Under the pieces are notes generated by a model. That model did not search any database, was not told the origin of the DNA, and saw nothing but the letters and a program-made list of their open reading frames with translations. From assembly GCA_963769025.1 (NCBI GenBank), contig CAVYKI010000006.1, positions 480,001 through 544,000 on the forward strand: DNA of 64,000 nt. The letters run 5' to 3'. This document shows positions 1 through 9,591 of this stretch, piece after piece. Position 1 is the stretch's first letter. Each line of letters opens with the position of its first letter. The DNA comes from an uncultured Verrucomicrobiae bacterium (GTDB lineage: Bacteria > Verrucomicrobiota > Verrucomicrobiia > Chthoniobacterales > Chthoniobacteraceae). The position numbers and the translations under genes are program-made.

Positions 1-544
1 AGTAGGGCGCCTCGGCCACTCCGAGCATCGGGACTGCGATGATGTAAGACGCGACGATGCCGAACGCACACGCCTCCGCGACCAGCAGCGGCATCGATAC
101 CATCATCGCGATGGAGCGGGGGACGACGAGGTAGTCGATGGGATGGACGCCGAGCGAGCGCAGGGCGTCGATTTGCTCGGTGACCTTCATCGTGCCGATT
201 TCCGCCGCGATGGCGGCACCCACGCGCCCCGAGACCATCAGTGCGCTGAGCGTTGGGCCCAGCTCGCGGAAAAGCGCGAGCGACGCGACGGAGCCGACGG
301 CGGAGTCCATTCCGAACCGGTGAAACTGGAAGAAAATCTGCGCCGCGAAGACGGCGCCTGTGAAAGCCCCGGTGACCGCCACGACGACCTGCGAGCGAGA
401 ACCGACCTCGATGATTTGCTGGAACACCAGCTTCCACCGGATCGGTGCGACGAACATCGCCTTGACCGTCTCCGCGGTGAGGATGCCGAGCTGGCCGAGA
501 TACGTGATCGCCTGCAGTGTGCTGCGGCCGATGGCGGTAATCAT
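1..544 (-). CDS. mlaE: ABC transporter permease MlaE family (3' end runs off window)
   Basis: Manual translation from ATG at 544: MITAIGRSTLQAITYLGQLG...LFRELGPTLSALMVSGRVGAAIAAEIGTMKVTEQIDALRSLGVHPIDYLVVPR, the MlaE signature. Confidence 0.9.
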   Translation of the reverse strand, partial: MITAIGRSTLQAITYLGQLGILTAETVKAMFVAPIRWKLVFQQIIEVGSRSQVVVAVTGAFTGAVFAAQIFFQFHRFGMDSAVGSVASLALFRELGPTLSALMVSGRVGAAIAAEIGTMKVTEQIDALRSLGVHPIDYLVVPRSIAMMVSMPLLVAEACAFGIVASYIIAVPMLGVAEAPY

Positions 545-629
545 GCGTGCATGCGGTGAAACTTGCTCCTCTGCACGACCGGCCCGGCCACGGGGGTGAA
601 GGCGAAACTCAGGCTGGCGATTCGCGCTG

Positions 630-902
630 TCAGGCGGGTAGGTGAATCGGCTGGGTCCGCGTCTTCTTTGGGTTCAGCTCCGGGGGAATCGCCCCGACGA
701 ATTTTGCATCCAGGCCGAGCTTCGCAAAAATCCCCTTGAGTTCCTGAACCGAGACCGTCGCGTGTTCGAATTCGAGGTAAATGATGTCGTGGTTGCTATC
801 GACCTTGTAGTGAAGGCCGGAAATCGTCTCGAGTTCATGATCGAGTTCCAGGATCTTCTCCAGGCTGCGAATTCCGGCGGCGTAAACCTCAAGTTCAATC
901 AT
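630..902 (-). CDS. Small conserved-looking hypothetical protein, possibly HMA/ferredoxin-like fold without CxxC
   Basis: 90-aa ORF with globular composition, co-oriented between dapF and mlaE; fold is a guess from the beta/alpha pattern. Confidence 0.65.
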   Translation of the reverse strand: MIELEVYAAGIRSLEKILELDHELETISGLHYKVDSNHDIIYLEFEHATVSVQELKGIFAKLGLDAKFVGAIPPELNPKKTRTQPIHLPA

Positions 903-974
903 AGGGTGAGGGGCGTAAAGTTGGCCGGAGGTTAGGCTGCCGCCTGCGGAGTGGCAAAGGGAATTCGCTCCGCG

Positions 975-1796
975 TCAAAGGGCGGCGTCGCCCTCGAAGA
1001 CGAAATCCGCCGGGCCGGTCAGGGTGACATTCTTCCATCCGTCGCCCGCGGGATCGAAGCCGACCTGCAGCGTGTCGCCTCCCCGAACCTGCACCCGCAC
1101 GGGCGAAGACGCGCCGGTCAGCCGGGCAAAAATGAGCGCAGCCGCCGTGACGCCCGTTCCGCACGCGAGCGTCTCATTCTCCACGCCGCGCTCGTAGGTG
1201 CGGATGGCGATGCCGCCGCCGGGTAGCTCGGCGATGAAATTCGCATTTGTGCCCTTCGGCGCGAAGTGCGTGTGGTAACGCAGCGCCGAGCCAAGCCGGA
1301 CGATGTCCGTCTTTTCCAATTCCTCGACGAAGACCACGGCGTGCGGGACGCCTGTGTTGAGAAAATGCACGGTGAGCATTTCATCCGCCACGAGCAGTTC
1401 GGTGCCGAGCGCGAGCGAATGCGGTGCGGACATCGCGAGCTGTACTTCGTCGCCGAGGAGTCGCGCGCCGATCACGCCGGCCTGCGTCTCGAAAGTGATC
1501 GCACCGCTCTTGTCCGCGATGCGGCTCGCAAACCGTGCGAAGCAGCGCGCGCCATTCCCGCACATGTCCGCTTCGCCGCCGTCGGCGTTGTAGTAGCGCA
1601 TCCGGAAATCCGCGCCGTTCTGCGCGGGCTCCACTGCGATGAGGCCGTCCGCGCCGATGCCGCGGTGGCGATCGCAAAGCCGTGCGATCGCGGCATTGTC
1701 GAGGCTCCGGCTGAGGTCGCGGTTGTCGAGCATCACGAAGTCATTTCCGGCTCCGTTCATCTTGGTGAAGTGCAGTGTTGGCATCTGATTCGACAT
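975..1796 (-). CDS. dapF: Diaminopimelate epimerase
   Basis: KMNGAGNDF, GIGADG, MCGNGARC, GVPH, YERGVENETLACGTG motifs; start may be the second Met. Confidence 0.97.
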   Translation of the reverse strand: MSNQMPTLHFTKMNGAGNDFVMLDNRDLSRSLDNAAIARLCDRHRGIGADGLIAVEPAQNGADFRMRYYNADGGEADMCGNGARCFARFASRIADKSGAITFETQAGVIGARLLGDEVQLAMSAPHSLALGTELLVADEMLTVHFLNTGVPHAVVFVEELEKTDIVRLGSALRYHTHFAPKGTNANFIAELPGGGIAIRTYERGVENETLACGTGVTAAALIFARLTGASSPVRVQVRGGDTLQVGFDPAGDGWKNVTLTGPADFVFEGDAAL

Positions 1797-1815
1797 ACGC
1801 GAAGCACGCCGGTTG

Positions 1816-4431
1816 TCAAAGCGGAGCCCTTCGCCAGGTCCGGCGCCGGAGGAAAATATCCACGGGCAGCAGCGCGAGCGCGGCGATGAGGAACCAATTC
1901 GTCAAGTCGCGCCGCCGCTGCGCAGGGCGTTCCGGTCGCGCGAAGACGTCCCCGGGTTTCGGATCGTATTTTCCATTCCCGGCGATCGCGATCTCGCGGA
2001 GCAGCGCCTCGTTCGTCCCGGTGGCGAGGAATTCCGGCGGATAGCTCCGCGCATGCGCGAATGTCAGGCCACCATCGGGCAGATCGCGCGAGGAAACGTT
2101 GATGACCGTGATTCCTTCGGCCGGCAGCGAAACCTTCGTGCGATAGCTGCCCGGGCTGTCCTGCGCGGCCGCGACGGTCTGTGTGGCATCGTCCGGCGTG
2201 CGTGCATGAATGGTGATCGGCAGCCGGTTGCGGAACGCGCCCTCGGGTGTCACTGCGTCCACGCGGATATCCAGCGTGTCGCCATTTTCGCGTCGGGTGA
2301 CTTCAAATGCCGCCGGCCCGCCTTTGCGCAGCAGGCCGCGCACGGTCTGCGTCCAAAACTTCGCGTAGCCGGGCCACGTCATCCATTCCGCCGCCCAGCG
2401 CGCCTTCGCATCGCTGGTAAAGGCGGCGGCCTGGCCGAGCCCGTAGCGCCACGTCGCGAGGAGCGGCTCGCCGCGTTCCGTCGCGAGCAGCACGTCCGCG
2501 GTCGGCTTCGGTTTCGCGGCATTGTAGCCGAGCAGCAGGGGCGATTGCGCCCAGTCGATGCCCGCGATCGCCGTCGATTTGCCGACCGGAACAGCCTGCG
2601 TCGGCTCCTCGACGATCGACGACTGCGCGACCTTCATCGTTTCCGTGGAAAAAATCTGGGGCAGAGTGGTCGCGTCATTCGTCAGGTAAAAACGTCCCTG
2701 CCCGCGCTCGGCGAGCTGGCGGAGAAATGGCACATCCTTGTCCTGCTCGCTGCCCAGGCCGACGACGGACGTCGTGATTTTTGCGGCGGTCATCGCACTC
2801 GCGAGATCGAGGGAATTCCCGCCGCTCGGAGTTCCATCGGGCTGCTCGCCGGCGACCTTTTCCTCCGCGTCGGCTGCATCCGAGAAAAGGATGACGTGCT
2901 TGATGCGCGCGTTCACCTCGCGCATCGCCTGGAACGCCTCGGCGAGCGAAGTGTAGATGTAGATGCCACCGCCGCCCGCTGTGATCGACAGGATGCGCTG
3001 CACGATGGGCTCCTTGGCCGCGTGGCGTTCGAGCGGCGCGATCACGTGGGCCCGCGTGTCCACGGCGAACACGCCGAAATAATCGCGCGGGCCGAGGACA
3101 CCGAGGGCCATCGCCGCGCCCTGATCGGCGAGCGCGATTTTCGTCTGACCACCAGCCTGCGCGCTCATCGATCCCGATCGGTCGAGCACGATGAGCAGGG
3201 CGACCGTGGGCAATTCCTCGCGGTCGTTGTGTTCCATGCGCACGGGCAGCATCTGCTCGATGGGCGTGCGGAAATACCCGCCGACGCCGAAGCTGTTCTC
3301 ACCACCGAGCAGGATGAAGCCGCCGCCGAAGTCCTGCACCCAGCGCCGGTACAGATCCATCTGGTCGCGCCCCAGCGACAGCGCGCTGATGTCGCTGAGC
3401 ATGAAGAGATCGAACTGCTGCAGGTCCTCCAGCGTGCGAGGGAGTCCCGACGGGCCGCGCAGTTCGACGGCGATGCGCGCGCCGCGCAACGCCTGTTCCA
3501 GCGGACGCGCTTTCTGTTCGTCGCTGTCCACGAGCAGGACGCGCGGCTGCCCGCGCAGGCTTGCGACCGCCGACGCGCGGTTGTTTTCAAGTGAGGTGTC
3601 TGCCGCGGGAACGATTTCGACATCGTATTGGACAAAATTTCCCTCGGGGTGCAGGCCGGTTTCACGGAATGTGTTGTCGCCCGGATTGAGAGCCATCTCC
3701 CGCTCGGCGAGCAGAAATTGGCTTTGATACACGCGCACCTTCGCGGTTGTGGCGATGGTGCTGCGGAGGTTTGCCGTGAGGTCGAAGGACTCGCCTTCCT
3801 TCAGCCGTGCCGGGATCTCGACGCGCTCGACCAGCACCTCGGGCCGCGCCGGGTTGCGCAGAGGAACCGTCCACACTTCGACGCCCGAACGGGCGAGCCG
3901 CGTCGCCGTTTCCAGCGCATGGCCAGAGGTGTCATTTCCATCGGAGATGAGCACCACGCGGCGTGACTGGTCGGCGGGGAACAGGGCACTCGAAAAATCA
4001 AGCGCATGTCCGATGTCGGTTGCCTTCGCATCTCCGACTGCCGGCCATTTACCGAGCGCCGCACCTTCTTTCGGCGCCTCCCAGACGTGCGTCCGCCGTC
4101 CGAACCCGGTGATGCCTGCCGTGTCGCCGCGCCGCTGGGACTTGAGCGCGCTTGCGGCAAATTCACGCGCCGCGAGCGCCGCCTCGGGCGAGATGCTGGC
4201 TGAGGCATCCACCGCAAAGATGACGCTGAGCTCCGACGAAGGCAGCAGCACGCGGAGACCCGCGAGCGCGAGCGCGATGAACGTCAGGAGAAGGCTGCGG
4301 ACAATCATGCAGGTGTTCCGTTGCGCACGGCCAAAGCCAGCGAGCGAACGGCGGAGCACGAGCGGCAACAGCACGAGCGCTGCAAGCAGGGCCAGGCACC
4401 ATGGGTTTGAAAATGCGATCCCGGCGCTCAT
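1816..4431 (-). CDS. Membrane protein with two vWA domains and a glutamine-amidotransferase-like domain
   Basis: N-terminal TM segments; MIDAS motifs VDASASIS and LDRSGSMS; GGGFILLGGENSFGVGGY GATase-like segment; C-terminal TM. Start MSAGIAF overlaps the upstream stop (ATGA). Confidence 0.85.
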   Translation of the reverse strand: MSAGIAFSNPWCLALLAALVLLPLVLRRSLAGFGRAQRNTCMIVRSLLLTFIALALAGLRVLLPSSELSVIFAVDASASISPEAALAAREFAASALKSQRRGDTAGITGFGRRTHVWEAPKEGAALGKWPAVGDAKATDIGHALDFSSALFPADQSRRVVLISDGNDTSGHALETATRLARSGVEVWTVPLRNPARPEVLVERVEIPARLKEGESFDLTANLRSTIATTAKVRVYQSQFLLAEREMALNPGDNTFRETGLHPEGNFVQYDVEIVPAADTSLENNRASAVASLRGQPRVLLVDSDEQKARPLEQALRGARIAVELRGPSGLPRTLEDLQQFDLFMLSDISALSLGRDQMDLYRRWVQDFGGGFILLGGENSFGVGGYFRTPIEQMLPVRMEHNDREELPTVALLIVLDRSGSMSAQAGGQTKIALADQGAAMALGVLGPRDYFGVFAVDTRAHVIAPLERHAAKEPIVQRILSITAGGGGIYIYTSLAEAFQAMREVNARIKHVILFSDAADAEEKVAGEQPDGTPSGGNSLDLASAMTAAKITTSVVGLGSEQDKDVPFLRQLAERGQGRFYLTNDATTLPQIFSTETMKVAQSSIVEEPTQAVPVGKSTAIAGIDWAQSPLLLGYNAAKPKPTADVLLATERGEPLLATWRYGLGQAAAFTSDAKARWAAEWMTWPGYAKFWTQTVRGLLRKGGPAAFEVTRRENGDTLDIRVDAVTPEGAFRNRLPITIHARTPDDATQTVAAAQDSPGSYRTKVSLPAEGITVINVSSRDLPDGGLTFAHARSYPPEFLATGTNEALLREIAIAGNGKYDPKPGDVFARPERPAQRRRDLTNWFLIAALALLPVDIFLRRRTWRRAPL

Positions 4432-6290
4432 TCCGTTTTCCTCCGGTGAAAGAGCCACCATTCCCCAGTGATGAGCACGAATGCCGCAAGGGCCAGCCAT
4501 TGCCAGATCGGGAATCCGCGAAACCCCGCCGAGGCAACCGGCAGGGGCGCGGGCTCGCTGCCGGGCGCGTCAGGCGTGCGAAGATCCGACTCCGCGTCAC
4601 TGAAGGTATTCACTGGCAGCCAGCGTGTGGCTCCGTCGTCATCAAGGCGGTAGAAGCCATTTTGCAGCGGCTGGAAAAAGCCTGTGATGCGCGCCGGTTG
4701 CAACGGTTCACGTGGTCCGGGCGCAGTTCTGAGTGAGGCCGCCGCGACATTTTGACCTGGCGGCAGTGACAGCGTTTCGCCGGCGGCAAGCGTGGGAGTC
4801 TGCTCAGCGCGCGTGCCGGAGAGCCACTGCAGCGTGCTGTGAATCAGCAGGGGGAACGCGACGCGCAGCGGGAGGTCCGAGTCGAGGACTCCGAATGCCA
4901 GCGCCGCGACGCGCTGGCGTCCGCGTTCACCAACGATGAGGAGCGGATGCTCTCCGGAACGCAGCGGTGCGGTGAAATTCCAGCCGTCGTGCGCCGCGGG
5001 CAGCACGAGCGGATGCGCCCTGAGAATCGTGGTGTTCTGCAGGTTTACGAGCCGCGTGGTGGGATGCGACGCGTCCACATCGGTGACGACCGGCTGATCG
5101 AGCGGCGCTCCGGTGGCGGCGAATGGCGTTGCCTTGAGGAAAAGAAAATTCCCGGTCGCGCTTTTGAGGTCGAACTCCGCAGGAACGATTCCGTCGAAAA
5201 TGACGGCCTCGAATTTTCCGCTCATCGCCGGCTGATACACCTCGGGTCCGACGAACTGAAATTTCAGCGAGGTGTCTACGCCGAGCAATTTTTCGAGAAA
5301 GGGGCTTCCTTTCGAGACGAGGAGCACACGATTCGCGCGGGTGGAAGGGAGGACGGCGTAGGCGATGTTGTCCGGTGGGAGCGCGTCGTTCGCGGACAAT
5401 CGCGCGGTGAGCCAGCCGCGCGCGCTCAGTGTGGGGCGGGGGACGGAGGTGAAGATGTCGAGCCGCCGTTCGCCCGGCGCCAGCGAAAGCGGCTTCACTT
5501 CGAGGGGGCGTCCGTCGAATGCGATCTCCACCTCGGTGCGCGCTGGCGCGTGTCCGAAGTTTTGCGTCTCGAGGAGAACTTCGCTCGTCTCGGGATTCGA
5601 CGGCAGCGGCCGTGTCGCGAAGCGTGTGATCGCGACGTTATCCTGCGGCGAGCCGAGCGCATGAGTCACGAACTCAGACGCCGGCCTGGCCTGCGCGCGC
5701 GTCGAAGCGCTGGTGAGCAGCACGATCCGGTGGTGCCCGCTTCGTGCAGCCAGCAGCGCGTCGGCGAGTGCGATGGCTCCGTCGACGCCGCCCGTTGCAT
5801 CGGTGGGTGCGATCTGTCCGAGCGCCTGCAGGAGAATCTTTTCATCGCCGGTGAATGGAACGGCGACCGACGGGTTTGCGGCAAGGGTCAGCAGGGCGAA
5901 TTCCCTGCCGCCGCCTGCCTGCCGCACGTAGTCGCGCGCCAGGTCCAGTGCCATTTCGAAACGCGTGCGCCCGCCAGGTTCGACCGCTTGCATGCGAGCC
6001 CTCGTGTCCAGGATCAGCACCGTGGCCGAGCCGTCGCGGATGAAGCGATCCCAGACCGGACGGGCGAGCGCGCCGAGCAGCAGGAGAAAAATGAGGAGGT
6101 GCAGCAGGAGCGAGAGGAGATTTCGGAGTCGCTGGAAGAACGCGCGGCGCCCGCCTTCCTGCATCACACGCTGCCAGAACATGAGCGTGGAGACGGTCTG
6201 CGGCTGCCGCTTCAGCCGAAGCAGGTACAGCAGCACGATGGCCGGAATCCCGGCGAGAAACCACGCGGCCCATGGTTGCAGCCACGTCAT
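4428..6290 (-). CDS. BatA N-terminal plus vWA domain membrane protein
   Basis: AGIPAIVLLYLLRLKR...VSTLMFW...LLLGALARP (BatA); degenerate MIDAS LDTRARM; C-terminal TM with EWWLFHRR. Confidence 0.85.
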   Translation of the reverse strand: MTWLQPWAAWFLAGIPAIVLLYLLRLKRQPQTVSTLMFWQRVMQEGGRRAFFQRLRNLLSLLLHLLIFLLLLGALARPVWDRFIRDGSATVLILDTRARMQAVEPGGRTRFEMALDLARDYVRQAGGGREFALLTLAANPSVAVPFTGDEKILLQALGQIAPTDATGGVDGAIALADALLAARSGHHRIVLLTSASTRAQARPASEFVTHALGSPQDNVAITRFATRPLPSNPETSEVLLETQNFGHAPARTEVEIAFDGRPLEVKPLSLAPGERRLDIFTSVPRPTLSARGWLTARLSANDALPPDNIAYAVLPSTRANRVLLVSKGSPFLEKLLGVDTSLKFQFVGPEVYQPAMSGKFEAVIFDGIVPAEFDLKSATGNFLFLKATPFAATGAPLDQPVVTDVDASHPTTRLVNLQNTTILRAHPLVLPAAHDGWNFTAPLRSGEHPLLIVGERGRQRVAALAFGVLDSDLPLRVAFPLLIHSTLQWLSGTRAEQTPTLAAGETLSLPPGQNVAAASLRTAPGPREPLQPARITGFFQPLQNGFYRLDDDGATRWLPVNTFSDAESDLRTPDAPGSEPAPLPVASAGFRGFPIWQWLALAAFVLITGEWWLFHRRKTE

Positions 6291-7195
6291 CGCACCATCA
6301 CTCCATCACGCAGCGCGCGGAGGACGACATCCTCGAACGCGGCATCAGTTGTCACTCGCGCAAACGCGATTCCGCGCCGGAGGCAGAAGGACTCCAGCGT
6401 ATTGTTGAACGCGGTAATCTCCTCGACGTAGCGCGTCAGCAGCTTTTCGTTCACGGTCACTTCCATGATCTGTCCGGTTTCGATTTCCAGCAGCCGCAGA
6501 TCGCCGGTTGCTGCAGGCGCGATTTCTTCCGGCGCGAGAATCTGGAGGGCGTGGATTTCAAACTGGCTGTGCTGGAGAAGGCCGAGCGGCTCCTCGTATC
6601 CGTGCGGATCGAAAAAATCGCTGAGGACAAAGACGAGGCCGCGCCGCCGCGCACGCTGGCTGAGCGCCTGCGCCGCGGCGAGCAGCCGGGTGGGGCCGTC
6701 AGGTTCCGGAGCGGTCCCGAGAAATTTCAGGATCGAGTGGAACTGCGCCTTCCCCCGTGCCACGCCGAGCTCCGCGACCGGATTCGCCGCGAAGAAGTGG
6801 ATGTTTACGCGGTCGAGATTTGCGAGCGCGATGTAGGCGAGTGCGGCACAGATCCGCCGTGACTGATCCAATTTATCAAACGCGCCGGGCGCGCCCTCGG
6901 GCACCCAGCGCATGCTCGCGCTGCAATCCACGAGGAACGTCACCGGCAGGTCGCGCTCCTGCTCGTAGAGCTTCACGAAAAGCCGATCGAGCCTGCCGTA
7001 GGCGTTCCAGTCGATGCTCCGCGGTTCGTCGCCGGGCGTGTATTCGCGGTAGTCGGCAAATTCGAGGCTCGATCCGACCTGCCGAGTGCGCCGTTCCGCT
7101 CGGTGTTCACCGCGGAACATCCGCTTTGCGAGCAGATGGAGCTGCTCCAGTTTCGCCAGAAAGGCGGAGTCGAACAGCGGGGCTCGCGTGCTCAC
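6287..7195 (-). CDS. DUF58 domain protein (MoxR-associated)
   Basis: GSSLEFADYREYTPGDEPRSIDWN, VDCSASM, LSDFFD; GTG start. Confidence 0.92.
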   Translation of the reverse strand: MSTRAPLFDSAFLAKLEQLHLLAKRMFRGEHRAERRTRQVGSSLEFADYREYTPGDEPRSIDWNAYGRLDRLFVKLYEQERDLPVTFLVDCSASMRWVPEGAPGAFDKLDQSRRICAALAYIALANLDRVNIHFFAANPVAELGVARGKAQFHSILKFLGTAPEPDGPTRLLAAAQALSQRARRRGLVFVLSDFFDPHGYEEPLGLLQHSQFEIHALQILAPEEIAPAATGDLRLLEIETGQIMEVTVNEKLLTRYVEEITAFNNTLESFCLRRGIAFARVTTDAAFEDVVLRALRDGVMVR

Positions 7196-7208
7196 CGGCG
7201 GGAGTCGC

Positions 7209-7688
7209 TCAGCCGGGAATCTCGACGCTGGCGACGGCCGTCGCGGCGATCCCTTCGCCGCGCCCGAGGAAGCCCATGCGCTCGTTGGTCGTCGCCTTCA
7301 CGCCGACGCGGGCCGGCTCGATGCCAATGACCCGCGCGAGGTTCGCTTTCATCGCCGTGATGTGCGCACTGATCTTCGGCGCCTCGGCGATGAGGCACGA
7401 GTCCACGTTGTTGATGCGCCCGCCCGCCGCAGTCACAAGGTCCGCGGCCTTGCGGACGATTTCGAGCGAACTGATGCCGCGGATCGTCGGATCGTTGTTC
7501 GGAAAATGGTGCCCGATGTCGCGTTCACCGATCGCGCCGAGGATCGCATCGGCAATCGCGTGGCAGAGCACGTCGGCATCGCTGTGGCCGTCGAGCCCGT
7601 GCGTGTGCGGGATTTCGACGCCGCCGAGGATCAGCTTCCGCCCCTCGGCGAAGCGGTGGACGTCGTAACCGGTTCCTACGAGATTCAT
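7209..7688 (-). CDS. ispF: 2-C-methyl-D-erythritol 2,4-cyclodiphosphate synthase
   Basis: GYDVH, GHSDADVLCHA, DIGHHFP, KATTNE motifs; ATGA overlap with suhB stop. Confidence 0.97.
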   Translation of the reverse strand: MNLVGTGYDVHRFAEGRKLILGGVEIPHTHGLDGHSDADVLCHAIADAILGAIGERDIGHHFPNNDPTIRGISSLEIVRKAADLVTAAGGRINNVDSCLIAEAPKISAHITAMKANLARVIGIEPARVGVKATTNERMGFLGRGEGIAATAVASVEIPG

Positions 7689-8446
7689 TCGTTTGGAAGC
7701 AGTTGGATTTTCCCGTTCCACGCGCGGACCGAAAGCTTGTCGGGATTCTCAGTGCGCGGCGTGACCTCGATTTTGCCCCCCGCGTTTTCCACGAGCAGGT
7801 GTCCCGCTGCGATGTCCCAGAGGCTCACGCTCTGCTCGATGTATGCGTCGAGCCGGCCTGTCGCGACGTAGGCGAGGTCGAGCGCGGCGCTGCCCATCAT
7901 CCGGCACTTGCGGACGCGCTCCACGTATTTCGGCAGAAGCTGGAGGCCGGCATTGATCGTGGCCTTGGATTTTGCGAAGCCGACGCTCATCACGCAGTCC
8001 GCGAGCTCCGTGCGTTCGCTCACGCAGATGGTGCGACCGTTGAGCATGGAGGGGCCGCCTTTCACCGTCTCCCACAATTCGTCCCGCGACGGATCGTATA
8101 TGACACCGAGCTGCATTTCACCGCCGCGCCTCAGCGCGATGCTGATGCAGTAGTGGGGGAGGCCGTAGAAGTAATTCACCGTCCCGTCGATCGGATCCAC
8201 GATCCACTGCCAGTCGCTGGCTTGATTTCCGGCGATGCCTTCCTCGCCGTAAAGCGCATGGTCCGGGAAGCGACCGAGCAGGCGGCGAGTGATGACTTCC
8301 TGGGCCTCCACGTCGAGCGCGAGCTTGATGTCGTGCGCATGCGTTTCGTTCACCACGGGAGGGAGGCCAAAATGCTCCTTGAGGAGCACGCCGGCCTCGC
8401 GTGCGGCTTGGACGGCGGTTTCGAGGGCGCTGGAGAGTTCGGTCAT
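7685..8446 (-). CDS. suhB: Inositol monophosphatase family protein
   Basis: GEE, WIVDPIDGTVNY, GSAALDLAYVATG, WDIAAG motifs. Confidence 0.92.
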   Translation of the reverse strand: MTELSSALETAVQAAREAGVLLKEHFGLPPVVNETHAHDIKLALDVEAQEVITRRLLGRFPDHALYGEEGIAGNQASDWQWIVDPIDGTVNYFYGLPHYCISIALRRGGEMQLGVIYDPSRDELWETVKGGPSMLNGRTICVSERTELADCVMSVGFAKSKATINAGLQLLPKYVERVRKCRMMGSAALDLAYVATGRLDAYIEQSVSLWDIAAGHLLVENAGGKIEVTPRTENPDKLSVRAWNGKIQLLPNE

Positions 8447-8524
8447 TCGGAAAGTGGGCACTATGGATGGTGGATGCCTCCGCGGCGGGCAAGCGCAACC
8501 TCGAACGAACGGCTGCATCCGGGC

Positions 8525-8562
8525 AAAAAAATGAGAGGCGAACCGTAAGATTCGCCTCCCAT
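8525..8562 (-). terminator. Rho-independent terminator after the Lys/Ala microprotein
   Basis: Minus strand ATGGGAGGCGAATC-TTAC-GGTTCGCCTCTCAT then a T run; 14-bp stem whose G.U wobbles only work on the minus strand. Confidence 0.85.
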
Positions 8563-8585
8563 TGTTTAGTTGAGCAGGGGTTAAC

Positions 8586-8657
8586 CTACTTTTTCTTCTT
8601 CGCTGCTGCTTTCTTCTTCGGTGCAGCTTTCTTCGCTGCTTTTTTCTTTGCGGCCAT
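8586..8657 (-). CDS. 23-aa basic microprotein MAAKKKAAKKAAPKKKAAAKKKK (histone H1-tail-like)
   Basis: ATG...TAG ORF below the ORF-track cutoff; purine-rich RBS GGAAGGGGG upstream; mixed synonymous codons; dedicated terminator. Confidence 0.75.
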   Translation of the reverse strand: MAAKKKAAKKAAPKKKAAAKKKK

Positions 8658-8753
8658 TATTAGACACCCCCTTCCTGCCCGCAGTGGCGGGACTGAGAAA
8701 TCTGTTTGGGGGATTTATCGGAGGTGCGGAAAATCATCACGCTCGGTGCAGGT

Positions 8754-8782
8754 GAAGTATCCACTACAGATAGACGCGTCAA
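8754..8782 (-). promoter_or_regulatory. Candidate sigma70-type promoter for the microprotein
   Basis: Minus-strand TTGACG followed by GATACT/TACTTC in an AT-rich intergenic stretch; spacing or -10 box is imperfect. Confidence 0.3.
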
Positions 8783-8997
8783 CAACAATTCTTCGTTCTG
8801 AGCACAATATTTTGCGGTTACGTCGATCCAGTTGAAAAAACCACAACGCGGAAGTGCTGTCCAAGGCCTCGGCGTGAGGTTGGTTTCGGCAGGTGTTTTC
8901 CCGAGGCGATCACCGGTTTTGGAAGCCTTCTGGAGCTCATCTCTTCTTTTGAAAATCTGGGGAGTTTTCACGGCGCGTTTCCTTGGGTCGATTGGCC

Positions 8998-9585
8998 CTA
9001 GCGTGCTATCCGACCGGTCTTCCCAGCCGGGCGGGGCGGCGTCGCGTGCAGGCATTTTGCGAGCGCACGGCTTACGATCTCCGGGACCGGCGCCAGGCGG
9101 CCGAGGCCCTCATAGCCGCAGGCGAGGATGCCTGCTTCGGGTCCGATGAATTCCGCGCCTCGCTGTCTGAGCAGCTCCACGTTCGACTTCGTCGCCGCGT
9201 GCTCCCACATCTTTCCGTTCATCGCGGGCGCGATGAGGAGCGGCGCGCGTGTCGCCAGCGCGATTTCGGTGAGCGGAGTTCCCGCCAAGCCGTGCGCGAG
9301 CTCCGCGATCACATTCGCAGTGGCCGGCGCGATGAGCAGAAGGTCCGCACGATCCGCGAGATCGATGTGTCCCGGTTTCCAATTCGTCTGCGCATCCCAC
9401 GCGCCGGTGACGACGGGATTTCGCGAAAGCGTCTGCATCGTCAGCGGCGTGATGAAATCGCACGCGTGCGCCGTCATCACCACATGCACCTCAGCGCCAC
9501 CCTTCACGAGCTGGCTCGCGAGATCCGCGGCCTTGAATGCCGCGATGCTTCCCGTGACTCCGAGGATGATGACAGGCGCGCTCAA
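8998..9585 (-). CDS. coaC: Phosphopantothenoylcysteine decarboxylase (stand-alone CoaC half of CoaBC)
   Basis: GVTGSIAAFKA, HIDLAD, APATAN, APAMN, LACGYEGLGRL; no CoaB domain. Confidence 0.9.
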   Translation of the reverse strand: MSAPVIILGVTGSIAAFKAADLASQLVKGGAEVHVVMTAHACDFITPLTMQTLSRNPVVTGAWDAQTNWKPGHIDLADRADLLLIAPATANVIAELAHGLAGTPLTEIALATRAPLLIAPAMNGKMWEHAATKSNVELLRQRGAEFIGPEAGILACGYEGLGRLAPVPEIVSRALAKCLHATPPRPAGKTGRIAR

Positions 9586-9591
9586 GCAGGT

